Numbered from the stretch's first letter, positions 1-14,031 are shown. The stretch: DNA of 64,000 nucleotides from Octopus sinensis (GCF_006345805.1 NC_043000.1:36022001-36086000), one strand, 5' to 3'. Made by a program: numbers and translations. The notes: generated from the letters alone by a model not told the origin.

Positions 1-120
1 TTGTAAGCCTAGTACTTATTCTATGGGTCTCTTTTGCCGCGCCGCTAAGTTACGGGGACGTAAACACACAGCATCGGTTGTCAAGCGATGTTGGGGAGAC
101 AAACACAGATACACAAACAT
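1..120 (-). mobile_element. SINE family A, 3' body fragment
   Basis: Reverse complement matches the post-microsatellite body of the full copy at 32691-33110 (gtgtctgtgtttgtc..catcgcttgacaaccgatgc..aataagtactaggcttacaa). Confidence 0.85.
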
Positions 121-154
121 ATACACACACATACAGACATACATACATACAAAC

Positions 155-197
<43 letters not shown>

Positions 198-429
198 TAT
201 ATATATATATATATCTATAGATATATATATATAAAGGCAAAGAAAATTATAAAAATCAGAATGCTAAATTGAGGTAAATTTTAATGAAAATGGGTGTATG
301 GAAAATTCAACAAAAAATTATTTTTGAATATTAACTCTAACCGGTTTCGTCGCAAGCCTATCATTTCTTAACGTGCAGTCAACACAACCCCACATTATAT
401 ATATATATATATATATATAACACATATAC

Positions 430-477
<48 letters not shown>

Positions 478-478
<1 letters not shown>

Positions 479-640
479 GACGGGCTTCTTTCAGTTTCCA
501 TCTACCATATCCACTCACAAGGCTTTATTCGGCCCGAGGCTATAGTAGAAGACACTTGCCCAAGGTACCACGCAGTGGGACTGAACCCGGAACCATGTGG
601 TTCGTAAGCAAGCTACTTACCACACAGCCACTCCTACGGC
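478..640 (-). mobile_element. SINE family A, tRNA-like head and central domain
   Basis: Reverse complement reads gtaggagtggctgtgtggtaagtagcttgc..ggttccgggttcagtccc..ccttgggcaagtgtcttctactatagcctcgggccga; A-box/B-box-like motifs; many copies in the window. Confidence 0.85.
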
Positions 641-766
641 TATATATCCATATACATTTATATATATGCACATATAGAAAAATACACATATATGATACAC
701 ATGTGCATATGTATATATATGTATATTTACGCATATATATGGTGGTGGTGGTGGTGGTGGGTGTGT

Positions 767-801
<35 letters not shown>

Positions 802-1234
802 CTGTGTGTGTATAAAGTTTCAGACTAACCCTTCCCAAATTCGAAAAATAACACGAGAAATTTTTTCTAAATTTCACGAAATTTTCTGTTTTTTTGTTGC
901 TAAACGTTTGTCTCCAACTGAGACGGAAATTGCAATAAATTACAAATTTATTGCGCATAGCATTCAGTATGTCACTCGGTTATTTAATATGATATAACTT
1001 ACAAAAGACATCGAAATTGTAAATGTCATGCTTTAAAGAAAAATAAGCAAATTTAAGCTAAAAAAAAAACAAAACAAATTTCAGCTCAAAATTTTACAGA
1101 ATAAATTCAGTAACATATAATGGTTAAAATCGTTGTAAAAAGGCATAGTTTATCACACACACACGCACACACCTCTCTCTCTCTCTCTCTTTCCTTCTCG
1201 CTGTCTTCCTCTCTCTTCCCCCTCTCTCTCTCTC

Positions 1235-1495
1235 GCAGCTGCCAGGTTTACGTCTTGCAAGTTATATGGTGACCCTGTTGGTGTTGGTGTCACATATCAA
1301 ACAGCAGTGGTGGATCCGTATAAAAAGCCCCTAGTTCACTCTGTTCAATTGTTGGTGTTAGGAAGGGCATCCAGAAGTAGAAACCATGCCAAAAGAGACA
1401 CTGGAGTCAGTGCAGCTCTCCGGCTTGCCAACTGCTGTCGAACCGTCCAACACTCGTTAAATTATGATGTCGACGACGACGATGACGATAATGAT
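1235..1495 (+). mobile_element. RTE-type retroposon 3' end (SINE or LINE tail)
   Basis: ggtgttaggaagggcatccag..gtagaaaccatgcc..aaccgtccaac followed by a (GAC/GAT)n tail; resembles RTE 3' ends from memory. Confidence 0.5.
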
Positions 1496-2841
1496 TATAC
1501 ATGTGTGTTCGTAAGATGCGATATTTCTTTGCTTAGAGTAATTAGATATATAAGATATAATGCAATGAGAACAACAACAGCAACTCTCGACTAGAAAGAC
1601 ATTTGACTGCTGTTTCTCGCAGTCCAGCCACAACGTAAAGGCAACCTACCATGTTTAACAATGAGGCGAGATTGAAGAAGTGTAGCTGCCACAAAGGAGC
1701 GCATTCATTGAGCTGAGCTTTAAGGTATTGGTGAAACATGCTGTTTAACACGAGGTTTCATTAATCAGAATTAAGATTAACGATAATCTAGATATGGCCA
1801 TTTAATCTTTTATTGAAGCAGTTTATCAAGGACAACGCTATGACGGAGACCTTCTATGTTTTCAGATGATTAAGTGTATTTGAGAGATATTTCGCTGCTA
1901 TTTCTATCGACCTTCTATATTATCTGGCGATAAAGCTAAATGGGTATGCAGAGTGTTTAGATCAGGTACGGGCAACCTCACTTGAGAAGCGAGCCGTATA
2001 ATATAAGACTAATCGTCAGGCGGACTGCACAGCTAGAAAACATTTTTGTTAGGTGTGCCCTTCAGAAGGTCTGGCGGGCTGCACCCTAACTACAACTTGA
2101 TCAGATGTTTAGATGTCTACATACAAGTGTGTTACATTCATAAAAATACTATTGTACTGCAACGTTGTCACGAACTCTATCAAATGCATACATACATACA
2201 TACATACATACATACATACATACATACATACACACACACATACATACATACATACATACATACATACAAGGTGGCTGCCCCCTCGTTATCGAGTATGGCC
2301 ATTGCACAAAGCTTAATCAATGTTGTTATCGTGCAATGCCTATGCAAGAAATTTTTTTTTAAAGTGAGGAAAGGCTGTGCACTGAGTCAATCCCACTCAC
2401 TAAGCATCAGCAGCTATAATCCGAAAAGAAGAACAAGTCAACATCATCGGTAACCACTGAGCCGCAGGTTTTATGTCGGAGTTATCCCAGTTACCTGAGT
2501 TATCTTCTCCTAGAAGGATGCCCTAACAAAGGCTAGGAGTCCTTCACTCCAAATGGTTTAACTGCGCGATCGGGTATTCAGTCCGATTATTTCTCTCCCC
2601 GTGCATGATACAGCCTTAAGACATTTATTAGATGGCCGTTGGCTCTCAAGAGTTCCTCCGCCCTTTGACGGGTTTTGTTTTTCATCCTGCAGGGTGTCCA
2701 ATAAACACCCTCCTCACCAAGCAAGCTTGGTGGGGTTGCCGGTTTAGTCGCCGACGACCCGACCATGCAACAGGTTGTACTGGGTTACATGTTACCAGTA
2801 GCACTCGAAAGTGACCTGACATACATACATACATACATACA

Positions 2842-2875
<34 letters not shown>

Positions 2876-2920
2876 CATACATACATATATACGTACATAC
2901 ATGCATACGTACATACATAC

Positions 2921-3205
2921 ACTGGAGTATTGAGGACTCTCCAGTTACTGTATCCAGATTACAAGTTCAGGTTTATACCTGTAATTATTGGGGTCCTTGT
3001 ATATGTAACACACTGCCTAAATACCACTCTTGAGAAATTAGGCTTCTTAAAACCAGAAACGAAAAGCTAATTCGAAGATTACGGATACAAGCCAAAATTG
3101 GAACTGCAAAAATCTGTAAAACTTTGCAATATATGAACATGTCTAGATATGCAACTACATGCATGAGAATACAAACATAAACCAAAACAAACAAATCTGC
3201 ACGTA
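2921..3205 (+). mobile_element. RLE-type non-LTR retrotransposon (R4/Dong-like) C-terminus and 3' UTR, 5' truncated
   Basis: Translates LRTLQLLYPDYKFRFIPVIIGVLVYVTHCLNTTLEKLGFLKPE, then after a frameshift KLIRRLRIQAKIGTAKICK; typical of the segment after the restriction-like endonuclease; homologous to 37990-38150. Confidence 0.7.
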
Positions 3206-3714
3206 TACATACATACATACATACATACATACATACATACATACATACATACATACATACATACATACACACATACACACATACATACATACATACATAC
3301 ATACATACATACATACACACATACACACATACATACATACATACATACATACATACATACATACATACATACATACATACATACAAGCAAAAACACCGTG
3401 TTGTTGATGTTGAAAATCTAATAAAGGATCCTTGGATCTAGGTTAGAAACCGGATCTTTCCAGAACTCTTCATATAAAACTGAACAAAGACATACATACA
3501 TGCATACATACTACACACACATACATACATGCACACATACATACATGTATACATATACACAAACACACATACATACGTACATACTTGAAGCATACAAATC
3601 TGCACATACATACATGCATATACGCACACATACATACATACATACATACATACATACATACATACATACATACATACATACATACATACATACATACATA
3701 CATAACAATAATAA

Positions 3715-3960
3715 TTGGTGCACCTCGTTTTTTAATAAGTGCCTAACTGACAATCTGGATAGGCTAGAATTTTCAGAAAAGGAAATTAAACAACTGACGC
3801 GCACATTGCGAATACGATCTGTAAGTGAAACGGTAGATATATGCAAGACATTTCTCAACTCTGAAATGTGACAGCACTTTCGTTATCTACACTCCAACGA
3901 TCGACCTTCATATCTCTGGTCTCTGACCAGCTTTTACCTCAGACGAAGAATTTAATTAAC
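3715..3960 (+). mobile_element. RLE-type non-LTR retrotransposon C-terminus, diverged relative
   Basis: KCLTDNLDRLEFSEKEIKQLTRTLRIRSVSETVDICKTFLNSEM* aligns by eye with the 2921 and 37990 peptides. Confidence 0.65.
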
Positions 3961-4071
3961 TAGAAGTGGAAGAGAGCAGAAATATATACATACATACATA
4001 CATATGTGTGTATATATATATATACATGACATACAGACATACATGCACACACATATATACATATATATTTA

Positions 4072-4172
<101 letters not shown>

Positions 4173-4559
4173 TATATATATATATTTATGTATATATGTT
4201 ATTTATATATTATTTAATTGACCCCCACCTTTTGATGCAACTCTACTCTATACTGTTTTCTTCCCCATCCTTCTCTAATTCCCTTTTACTCCCCTTCACC
4301 GTTTTCTCTCTGTCTCTCTCTCTCGTTCACCCTCTTTCTCTCTCTCTTGTTGCTCACACGTGACCATCGTCCATCTCTCTTTTCCTCCAGGACGTCCTAA
4401 CTCTGGATGTCTTCTATCTCTCTCTTTTATCTTTTCTCTTTCAAAGAAAGTATTTTTCTCAGCGTTCACTATTTTCCTCTCATTCTGGTCTGACAGCCCG
4501 CCATGTTTGTTTTTCGTTTAGTTTCCAATGTATGTTTACACTGTCCTGTTTTCGTTCTC

Positions 4560-4790
4560 AAATTTGATCCTACATATAATCCAAAATTTAATATTGGAGG
4601 TTATATGAGCAACTGTCAACGAAGACTCATATTGTCGTTCAATGCTCGAAATGAGGAGTAGAAAGATATCCGACTACTGATGAAGGATTTTCTTTGTGTT
4701 ACTTGTCCTGTTCTTCATTTTTTTCTCTCGTTTGCGTATTTAACACATTTGTTTTCGTATTTCATGTTGTTTACTGTTGGTGACTTCCTG
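4560..4790 (+). repeat. Unclassified interspersed repeat, possibly a Penelope-like terminal repeat
   Basis: aatgctcgaaat..actgatgaagg..ttcttt also occurs on the minus strand at about 60340-60410. Confidence 0.35.
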
Positions 4791-4809
4791 TACCCATATA
4801 TGCATATGC

Positions 4810-4855
<46 letters not shown>

Positions 4856-4974
4856 CAGTCATACATGTGCACATATATATATAATATTTATACATATATC
4901 ATATATATATAGATATAAATAGATACATACATATAATATAGATACATACATATATATATATAAAATCCTTAATC

Positions 4975-5215
4975 CTTAAAAATGTTTTAGCCGAGGCCCG
5001 GCCATGCTGGGCACCACCCGCTGAATGAGCCACACTAGTTTGTGAATCCACCTCTGATACGTGGCACTTGATCAACAAGGGAGTTCGATGCTGCTGCCGC
5101 ATCCGCGTCTCCTGTCGTGAGGTAGGTTCATCTGGGACTTCCAACAAGAAGAGATCCAGTTTAGTTTTAAAGAAACCACATCCACACCATGTAAGTCTCT
5201 CAGGCATTTAGGGGA
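4975..5215 (-). mobile_element. CR1-like LINE 3' end
   Basis: Minus-strand peptide FFKTKLDLFLLEVPDEPTSRQETRMR, typical of a CR1-type ORF2 C-terminus, followed by ggtgcccagcatggcc tail; same family as 34130-34660. Confidence 0.75.
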
Positions 5216-5961
5216 GGATAGATATATATATATAATTATATATTATATATCTATATAATATATATAATATATATTACGTATATATAATATATATATGTAT
5301 GTATATGTGTATATATATTATAGATATGTATATTAAGTAGATACATTATATACCATACATATACATACATGCATGCACACACAGACATATATATATGTAT
5401 ATATATATATACATGCATATATGTATACATATATGTATGTATGCATGTGTATATATATATGTGTGTGTACGTAAGCTATATATGTATATGTGATGCGTAT
5501 ATGTATGTATACACAGACATACACCCCCCACACACATATACATACATTATATACTTATAGACGTGTGTTGTATCGACAATAACATCACAACTCTACTACA
5601 TCGTCACACCGCCACCTCAGCGAGTCGAGTAATTTTAATATCTGCATGGAAGAAAATAACACTCGTTCGTTTAGAAATGGTAAATATATTAGGAACTAAA
5701 TTTCCTATGCTACATGGTTTTCCCAAATAGAATATAGATTGGTGAATGAGCGAAAATACAATCATACTCATACACATACACAGACACGCATATGCACAAA
5801 CACAGAGGTAAATCACACACAAACACACACACATACGTATATGTAAGTATATGTTATGTATATATATATGTATATATATATATATATATTATATATATAG
5901 ATAAATATATAATATGTATACATATATGTATGTATATATATATATATATATTATATATATA

Positions 5962-5992
<31 letters not shown>

Positions 5993-6065
5993 CGTTTTAT
6001 ACATACACGATATTATACATAGAAAACACACATATATACGGCATATATATTGCATATGCATATAC

Positions 6066-6096
<31 letters not shown>

Positions 6097-6272
6097 ACAT
6101 ATATCATTACATATGCAATGCATCATGCTATGCATGTTAATGCGCGTGCATAAACAAAACCTACAGCATATATGCATATGTATATGTATATACATATATA
6201 TACATATATTTAGAGAGAGAGAGATACATACATGTGTATATGTTTATATATGTTATATGTATTGTATATAGC

Positions 6273-6304
<32 letters not shown>

Positions 6305-6789
6305 TAACGTATATATATATATATTATATATTACATAGATATAATATATATAATATATATATATATATATATAATATATATATATATAATATATATACAT
6401 ATATGTATGTATGCGTGCACACACACACACACATACACATGTGTAAATTGCTCTTCAATTCGACTTTTAGCAATCTATGAAATGAGATGTATATAGTTCC
6501 TCAGAAACTCATGTATGTGTAACTGAAACGCACGCATGTATACATAAACTGATACAAGCACACACATGTTTCTATATACATATATACATACATATACACA
6601 CACACAAACGCATATTAATATATATACACATGCATATATCCACATTCACAGTCATATATGCACACGCATATCAAATACATGAATGCGCGCATATAAATAT
6701 TGGTTTTCGTAAAACATGACGTATATAATACTATTAAATACGATACAATCAGCAATTTTCCCGTTTATTGCTATCATCTATAACCAATT

Positions 6790-6824
<35 letters not shown>

Positions 6825-7398
6825 CTCTTCCCCTTTTAACTCTCTCTCATTCCTGTTTCTCTCACACATACTTCTCTTTTCTTGTTTTCTCTCACTATTC
6901 TTTGTTCTCTTTTTTAACTTCTCCATTCAGTCGTTCTATTTCTCGTCGCCTTTCTCTAAATTTTCCTCCACAGTTTCATTCGTCTCACAGCTTCTCACAT
7001 ATATATCATGCATACATATAAACCGTTCCACTTGTATTTTAAAAGTATAAACATTAAATACATACGCACAATCGTATACGTATACTTGCAAAGAAGCACG
7101 CTTGCACACGCACACACAAACATATGCAAGCACAAAGACACAGACACACACACAAGCATACATGCATAAATATATAGATCTCAGGAAAAGTTGGAACTTC
7201 TAAATTGTATCTAAGCGTTTCACGTTACCGATCATTTAAATGATTGAAACGAGGTAGCAGCGTGACAAAATATACGCAAAAATATTCGCGATCACATGGA
7301 AATGATTTCTAATGGAGTCTTGAATGCCTACAGGAAAGAAAAAAAACTTAGAAAATGTGTCTATCATTAATCTGTTCAGTTGTCATACGTAAAGTCCA

Positions 7399-7429
<31 letters not shown>

Positions 7430-7912
7430 TGTATGTATGTATGTATGTATGTATGTATGTATGTATGTATGTATGTTTGTATGTATGTATGCTTGTATGT
7501 ATCTATGTATGTATGTATGTTTGTATGTATGTATGTATGTATGTATGTATGCATATATTATATTATATTATATTATATTATATTATATTATTAGTGAAAG
7601 ACGTTATTCCCACCATATAGAAAAAATAAATATACTATAAAAATCCTTATTCTATTTTAGACCTGGTGAGTAATTATATTTTTAAATAGAATTAATTTTA
7701 GATCGATTTGATTTAAATTCGAATTACATTCTTATTAAATTATTATTATTAGTATTATTATTATTATTTAATATTTATTTTATTATTAGTATTATTTATA
7801 ATTATTATATTATATATGTATGTATATATTATATATTATATTATTATTATTATAATACATTTATATATGTGTGTATATATCTAATAATATATATATATAT
7901 ATAATACATTTA

Positions 7913-7954
<42 letters not shown>

Positions 7955-7959
7955 TATAT

Positions 7960-8018
<59 letters not shown>

Positions 8019-8944
8019 AGACGTCTATCAAATCCACTCACAATGCTTTGTTCAGCCCAAATAGAAGCCATTCGTCCAAGCCGCCACGTGGCTGGAAAGC
8101 AAACTCACTACACACACGCCGCGGCTTTATAGTCATATTGATAAGCACGTGATATTTTCTTGTCTTTAGCATCATATGTATAAAACACACGAAAGTAAAG
8201 AAAGTGATTCTTGTTCCAAAGATGTTTCCGTGTTGATAAATTAATGAATGCATTATTTTTACATAATATGGCCATCAGTCACTGGATGCCAATCCATTTT
8301 ATGAAAACTGAAATATTTAACCATTATGCTCAATGAAATAGCGATTAACACGTCCATAAATATTCACGAACATCGATATTTTATTCAAAATTGTAAAAGT
8401 CTGTGAAAGGATGTGGTATTTCTCCGAGAGGAAAATTCTGGAGACAGTATTAATACAGTAAAATATTGCATTCATCCGAGTGTGCCAAAGATATAGGCAC
8501 GCCAGATATACGTTCAAAACAACTTCTTCAGATATGACAAAAGTAGACAAAGATACAATAAACGACACAAAACACTTGGTTATATTGAATTTTTGCTGTC
8601 GAAAGAAGCAGTTACTGGGGTCGGGTGGATGAATCGATGTGTATATACATATTTACACATACCTATACACATATTTATCTAAATACGCCCCCACATTTAT
8701 TTGTGCGTCTAAGTATATACGCATATATATCTAGATATAATTAGAGTGGCCAATACAAAAGCTTAGATACATATGAATACAAATTGTATATATGCACATA
8801 TGTTTAATATTCATACTTTGTCTGTAGGTGTGTGTGTGTGTGTAGGTGTTTATACATGCATAAATTTATTTATATACCTATGTACAAAACAGACATCACA
8901 CGCCCACACGCATATATTTAGATGTATATCGAAATATTGATTTC

Positions 8945-9075
8945 ATATTTTGGCACAAGGTTAGCAGGTTCGGAGGGGGCCTGGCAAGTTCTTTACATCG
9001 ACCCAAATGTTCAATGAGTACTTATTTTATCGATCCCGAAAAGATTAAAGGCAAAGTCGACGTCAGCGAAATTTG
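8945..9075 (-). mobile_element. SINE family B fragment
   Basis: Reverse complement contains gtcgactttgcctttaatctttcgggatcgataaaataagtac, the family B central block. Confidence 0.75.
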
Positions 9076-9141
9076 CAATGAATGCATAATTAGTGATGAT
9101 CATTAACATTAATTTATGCAAATACGCTATATATAAATATG

Positions 9142-9173
<32 letters not shown>

Positions 9174-9186
9174 TGTATGACCTATG

Positions 9187-9217
<31 letters not shown>

Positions 9218-9265
9218 ATATCTATCTATCTATCTATATCTATCTATCTATCTATCTATCCATAC

Positions 9266-9330
<65 letters not shown>

Positions 9331-9338
9331 ATCTATCC

Positions 9339-9404
<66 letters not shown>
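9187..9404. repeat. (TATC)n microsatellite, left flank of the Tx1 insertion
   Basis: About 50 TATC units seen directly. Confidence 0.95.
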
Positions 9405-10662
9405 GAGGACTGGGCATGCCGGGGTTGATGATGCGCAGACACGCGCTGAGACTGCGACATCTCAGGCTCTACGTAGACGACGGTGAACAAGTGTGGTCGC
9501 CGTTTGTGAGACACGCTTTCCCGCAACTTGTTTCCAAGACCGAACTGCAGTCGTGGATCAAAAAGAGGCCGAGGAAGGGCGAATGGTACCGCGAGTGTCG
9601 CGTTGCTCTCAAGCAACTCTGCCGTCCCGGGTCGACCTTGAGTGACTTCAACACAACCCAAGCATTCTATAGGGGATTAGTGGAGGGGAGGTACGACGAC
9701 GAGCTCGGGGCGAACCTAGAGGTCGACGAGGAATACCTAACCCACCTGCTCAGGACGACTTTCGGGCCAGGGCCCATGGACAACTTCCAGAGATCCCTGG
9801 CCTGGCAGTGCTACCGAGAAGCGCTACCCGTTCGGGATAAGCTCTACAGACACGGCTCGAGAAACACGGGGCCGACCTGCCCCAGATGCGGTCAGAGCGA
9901 CGAAACCGTTCTGCACGCAGTGTCCAACAATTTCCGACCTGTGGGCTTATGTCGAACAACTACTGTCACGTGTAGTACGAGTCGGTTTATCAGCCGATTC
10001 TATCGTCAATATTGTCACGCCTCCTTCCTTCAAACGGGAAGGAAGAGCTATTTTCATCATCCTTGTGGCTATGGCGAAAGAATGTATCTGGTGGACGCGT
10101 CTGAAAGGATTGGAGACAAACACTTTCCTCTCTGGTCAATCTCTCATCAACTTCTTCAAGTATCACTTGGAAAGGAAAGTGAGAGTAGAGATGCAAGTTT
10201 TGTCTAGCGAATGTTTTAAAAAAAGATGGGTGAATGTAGCAAGGATGGCACGTATGAATGACGAAGCCACCTTGAGCATAATCCTATGAACCCAGAAAGT
10301 GAAAACAGAGGTTTACCTACTTGCAAACAAATGTGGTAACATGTAACAATATTGACCGAGGTTACCGTGGTCTTTTCCGTAGGCTTTTCTTCCCACGGAT
10401 AAACCTTATCTGCTTCCCCCTTTACATCGTACATCATGACACTGTGATACACGATCCCTATTGATCGTTTTTTTTCTTTTCCCCCTTTTTTCCTTTCTTT
10501 TTTCTTCTTTTTTCTTTTTCTTTTTCTTCTTTTTTTCTTCTTTCTCTTTTACGATCCCTTTTGATCGAAAACCTACCCCACCTTTTTTTTCTCCAAAAAA
10601 AGAAAAGCTCTACCTTGTAATCTGTCTCATCTGTGTGCAGCCCTGTGTGGCTAATAAAGAAA
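9405..10662 (+). mobile_element. Tx1/L1-clade LINE, 5' truncated (ORF2 C-terminus with zf-RVT-like motif, 3' UTR, polyA signal)
   Basis: GLGMP thumb motif, WQCYREALPVRDKLYRHG..PTCPRCGQSDETVLHA zinc-finger motif, frameshift near 9925, continuation AKECIWWTRLKG..RWVNVARM ending at the stop at 10289, AATAAA at 10653. Confidence 0.85.
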
Positions 10663-10665
10663 CAT

Positions 10666-10766
<101 letters not shown>

Positions 10767-10769
10767 GCA

Positions 10770-10940
10770 TTATGCATTCTTTATTTTCTCTCCTTGTTTC
10801 TTTCTGTGTTCCTTTCTGTGGAAGAGCGTAGGCTCGAAACGTTAAAGTCTTTTTTACTTCCCGAGTGTTAAACTAACACATCTATTTGTTGTCTATACCA
10901 CCTGTCTTCGTCTTTTGTTTATTTTGTGAATTCTCCCCTC
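10770..10940 (+). mobile_element. Penelope-like terminal repeat fragment with hammerhead-like motif
   Basis: Homologous to 25195-25400, which lies downstream of a GIY-YIG remnant; contains CTTT CTGTGGA A GAGC GTAG GCTC GAAAC GTT AAAG. Confidence 0.65.
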
Positions 10941-11007
10941 CCCATATATATATATATATGTATACACAACACACATACAGACACACACAACACACAAACA
11001 ATATATC

Positions 11008-11050
<43 letters not shown>

Positions 11051-11072
11051 CATATGTATGTATGTATGTATG

Positions 11073-11120
<48 letters not shown>

Positions 11121-11230
11121 TTGATCACTTGACCGACCAGACCATCAGATATTGCTACATATCGCTGGTCACAATGCGTTCACATTGTTTTAGCCTTTGA
11201 ATGTCGCCACCCGCTGGCTAAGCGAGCAGA

Positions 11231-11283
<53 letters not shown>

Positions 11284-11415
11284 GGCCTGCTCGCTTAGCC
11301 CGCGGGGTGGGGTAGCGACATTCAAAGGCTAAAACAATGTGAACGCATTGTGACCAGCGATATGTAGCAATATCTGATGGTCTGGTCGGTCAAGTGATCA
11401 AGTGATATATATATA

Positions 11416-11446
<31 letters not shown>

Positions 11447-11451
11447 GTATG

Positions 11452-11499
<48 letters not shown>

Positions 11500-11687
11500 T
11501 ATACATATATATATATATAGGGGGGGGGGAGAATTCACAAAATAAACAAAAGACGAAGACAGGTGGTGTAGACAACAAATAGATGTGTTAGTTTAACACT
11601 CGGGAAGTAAAAAAGACTTTAACGTTTCGAGCCTACGCTCTTCCACAGAAAGGAACACAGAAAGAAACAAGGAGAGAAAATAAAGAA

Positions 11688-11690
<3 letters not shown>
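10770..11690. repeat. About 920-bp imperfect palindrome centred on (TA)n
   Basis: 10770-11233 is the near-exact reverse complement of 11281-11690, apart from microsatellite lengths and a few substitutions/indels. Confidence 0.9.
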
Positions 11691-11728
<38 letters not shown>

Positions 11729-11732
<4 letters not shown>

Positions 11733-12910
11733 CAATCAAGGAACGGCCATAATAGGCCATTCACCCACTAGAAATAACAGCCAAGCTTCAACCGCAAATA
11801 AAAGTCGTTTCCGTAAACTGGAGAAAATTTAAAAAACATTTACCCTGTAATTTCTTATACGATGCACCGTTTCGTCTGCTGTTTAATGTAAACTAACCTG
11901 ATTAAATTAAATCAAGCCAATCTTCCATAGGCCCTCAGATTCTTCAGTAAGAAATAGCCACAAGTCGGAACAGATATTTTCACGAGGCATTTCCGACCCT
12001 GCCAAGTTAATATCTGACCTAAAATTTCAAATCATCGCACTCGCGCAAATTTATCGGCAGCAAATAAATATAGCCGTCGATTCCATTACGGATTAACCAG
12101 AAAATTCATAATTAATCAATATAGGGTGCCAAAAAAATTTTGTAGAATTTTTTTGCCACCAGCGGCCTAGTGGAAAAAATTTAAATAGTCATAGACCATT
12201 TTAAGTTCAACATCAACAATCAAGGAACGGCCATAATAGGCCATTCACCCACTAGAAATAACAGCCAAAGCTTCAACCGCAAATAAAAGTCAATTCCGTA
12301 AACAGGAGAAAATTTAAAAAACATTTACCCTGTAATTTCTTATACGATGCACCGTTTCGTCTGCTGTTTAATGGTAAACTAACCTGATTAAATTAAATCA
12401 AGCCAATCTTCCATAGGCCCTCAGATTCTTCAGTAAGAAATATTGATTAATTATGAATTTTCTGGTTAATTCCGTAATGGAATCGACGGCTTATATTTAT
12501 TTGCTGCCGATAAATTTGGCGCGAGTGCGATGATTTGAAAATTTTAGGTCAGATATTAACTTGGCAGGGTCGGAAATGCCTCGTGAAAATATCTGTTCCG
12601 ACTTGTGGCTATTTCTTACTGAAGAATCTGAGGGCCTATGGAAGATTGGCTTGATTTAATTAATCAGGTTAGTTTACCATTAAACAGCAGACGAAACGGT
12701 GCATCGTATAAGAAATTACAGGGTAAATGTTTTTTAAATTTTCTCCTGTTTACGGAATTGACTTTTATTTGCGGTTGAAGCTTGGCTGTTATTTCTAGTG
12801 GGGTGAATGGCCTATTATGGCCGTTCCTTGATTGTTGATGTTGAACTTAAAAATGGTCTATGACTATTTAAATTTTTTCCCACTAGGCCGCTGGTGGCAA
12901 AAAATTCTAT
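11729..12910. repeat. 484-bp unit: 1.5 tandem copies followed by an inverted copy
   Basis: tcaacaatcaaggaacgg starts at 11729 and 12213; 12441-12910 is the reverse complement of the unit. Confidence 0.9.
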
Positions 12911-12932
12911 GATTAAATATATATATATATAT

Positions 12933-12969
<37 letters not shown>

Positions 12970-13019
12970 GATATATATAATATATATATATAATATATGC
13001 ATATATATGCAAATAAGAA

Positions 13020-13054
<35 letters not shown>

Positions 13055-13060
13055 CATATA

Positions 13061-13974
13061 ATAATAAGAGTAAATAATTTCTATAAAGGCTTTTAAAAAA
13101 AACCCCAATTATTTACTGGTAGAATTCGGTATGTAAATATAGCCGATTACCGCAGGAACTTCTGTAAAGTTCAGTATATATATTGTATATAAGAAAAAGG
13201 ACAGGCAAACAGGTTGCCTGACCGCATACCGAAAAAATAGAATAGCAGTCAAGAATGTTTATTTCTATCAAAGTTGGACTCCGGGCATGACAAACCCTGT
13301 AATTCACATATGCAAAACAGAAGGAATAGATAACGAAAACGAAGTCTGGCGGTTATCTGTGAACATCATGTTTCTGGATTATAAACATATTGAATATATA
13401 TTCCATATATATTTGATATATATTTCATATACATTGCATATATATTTCACATTCTTCTTCAGCACAGCTTTCCATTGAAAAAGATTTATCATAGATTTAT
13501 CAAATGCTACGTACCTCAAACCTTCTGACCATGCGACATCAAAATATTTGAAGAAAGTGAGCAAAAGCTAAACCTACATAGACGTTTGAATTCGTAAATC
13601 TTCCCTCCAAAATTTTGCCATGCGCATTACAAAAATAGTTCCATAAGATGGGGAACTATTAGGTTGTCATGAGGGAGTGAAAAATCCAAATAGTAATATA
13701 ATAATAAGAGTAAATAATTTCTATAAAGGCTTTTAAAAAAAACCCCAATTATTTACTGGTAGAATTCGGTATGTAAATATAGCCGATTACCGGCAGGAAC
13801 TTCTGTAAAGTTCAGTATATATATTGTATATAAGAAAAGGGACAGGCAAACAGGTTGCTTGACCGCATACCGAAAAAATAGAATAGCAGTCAAGAATGCT
13901 TATTTCTACTTTGGTAGAAATAAGCATTCTTGACTGCTATTTCTATTTTTTCGGTATGCGGTCAAGCAACCTGT
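13061..13974. repeat. About 200-bp direct repeat (period 640) ending in a hairpin with about 62-bp arms
   Basis: ataataagagtaaataatttc at 13061 and 13701; arms 13848-13909 and 13914-13974 around loop tttg. Confidence 0.9.
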
Positions 13975-14031
13975 TATATATATATACATATATATATATA
14001 TTGTTATATTTCGGAATGGTCATATTTAAAC

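Noticed and set aside
325-370. Minus-strand GAAACCGGUU palindrome resembling a PLE hammerhead
   Set aside because: The CUGANGA box is absent (AAUGAUA).
4640-4700. GAAA and CUGAUGA words in type II order (also about 60340-60410 minus)
   Set aside because: I could not build stems I and III around the core in either copy.
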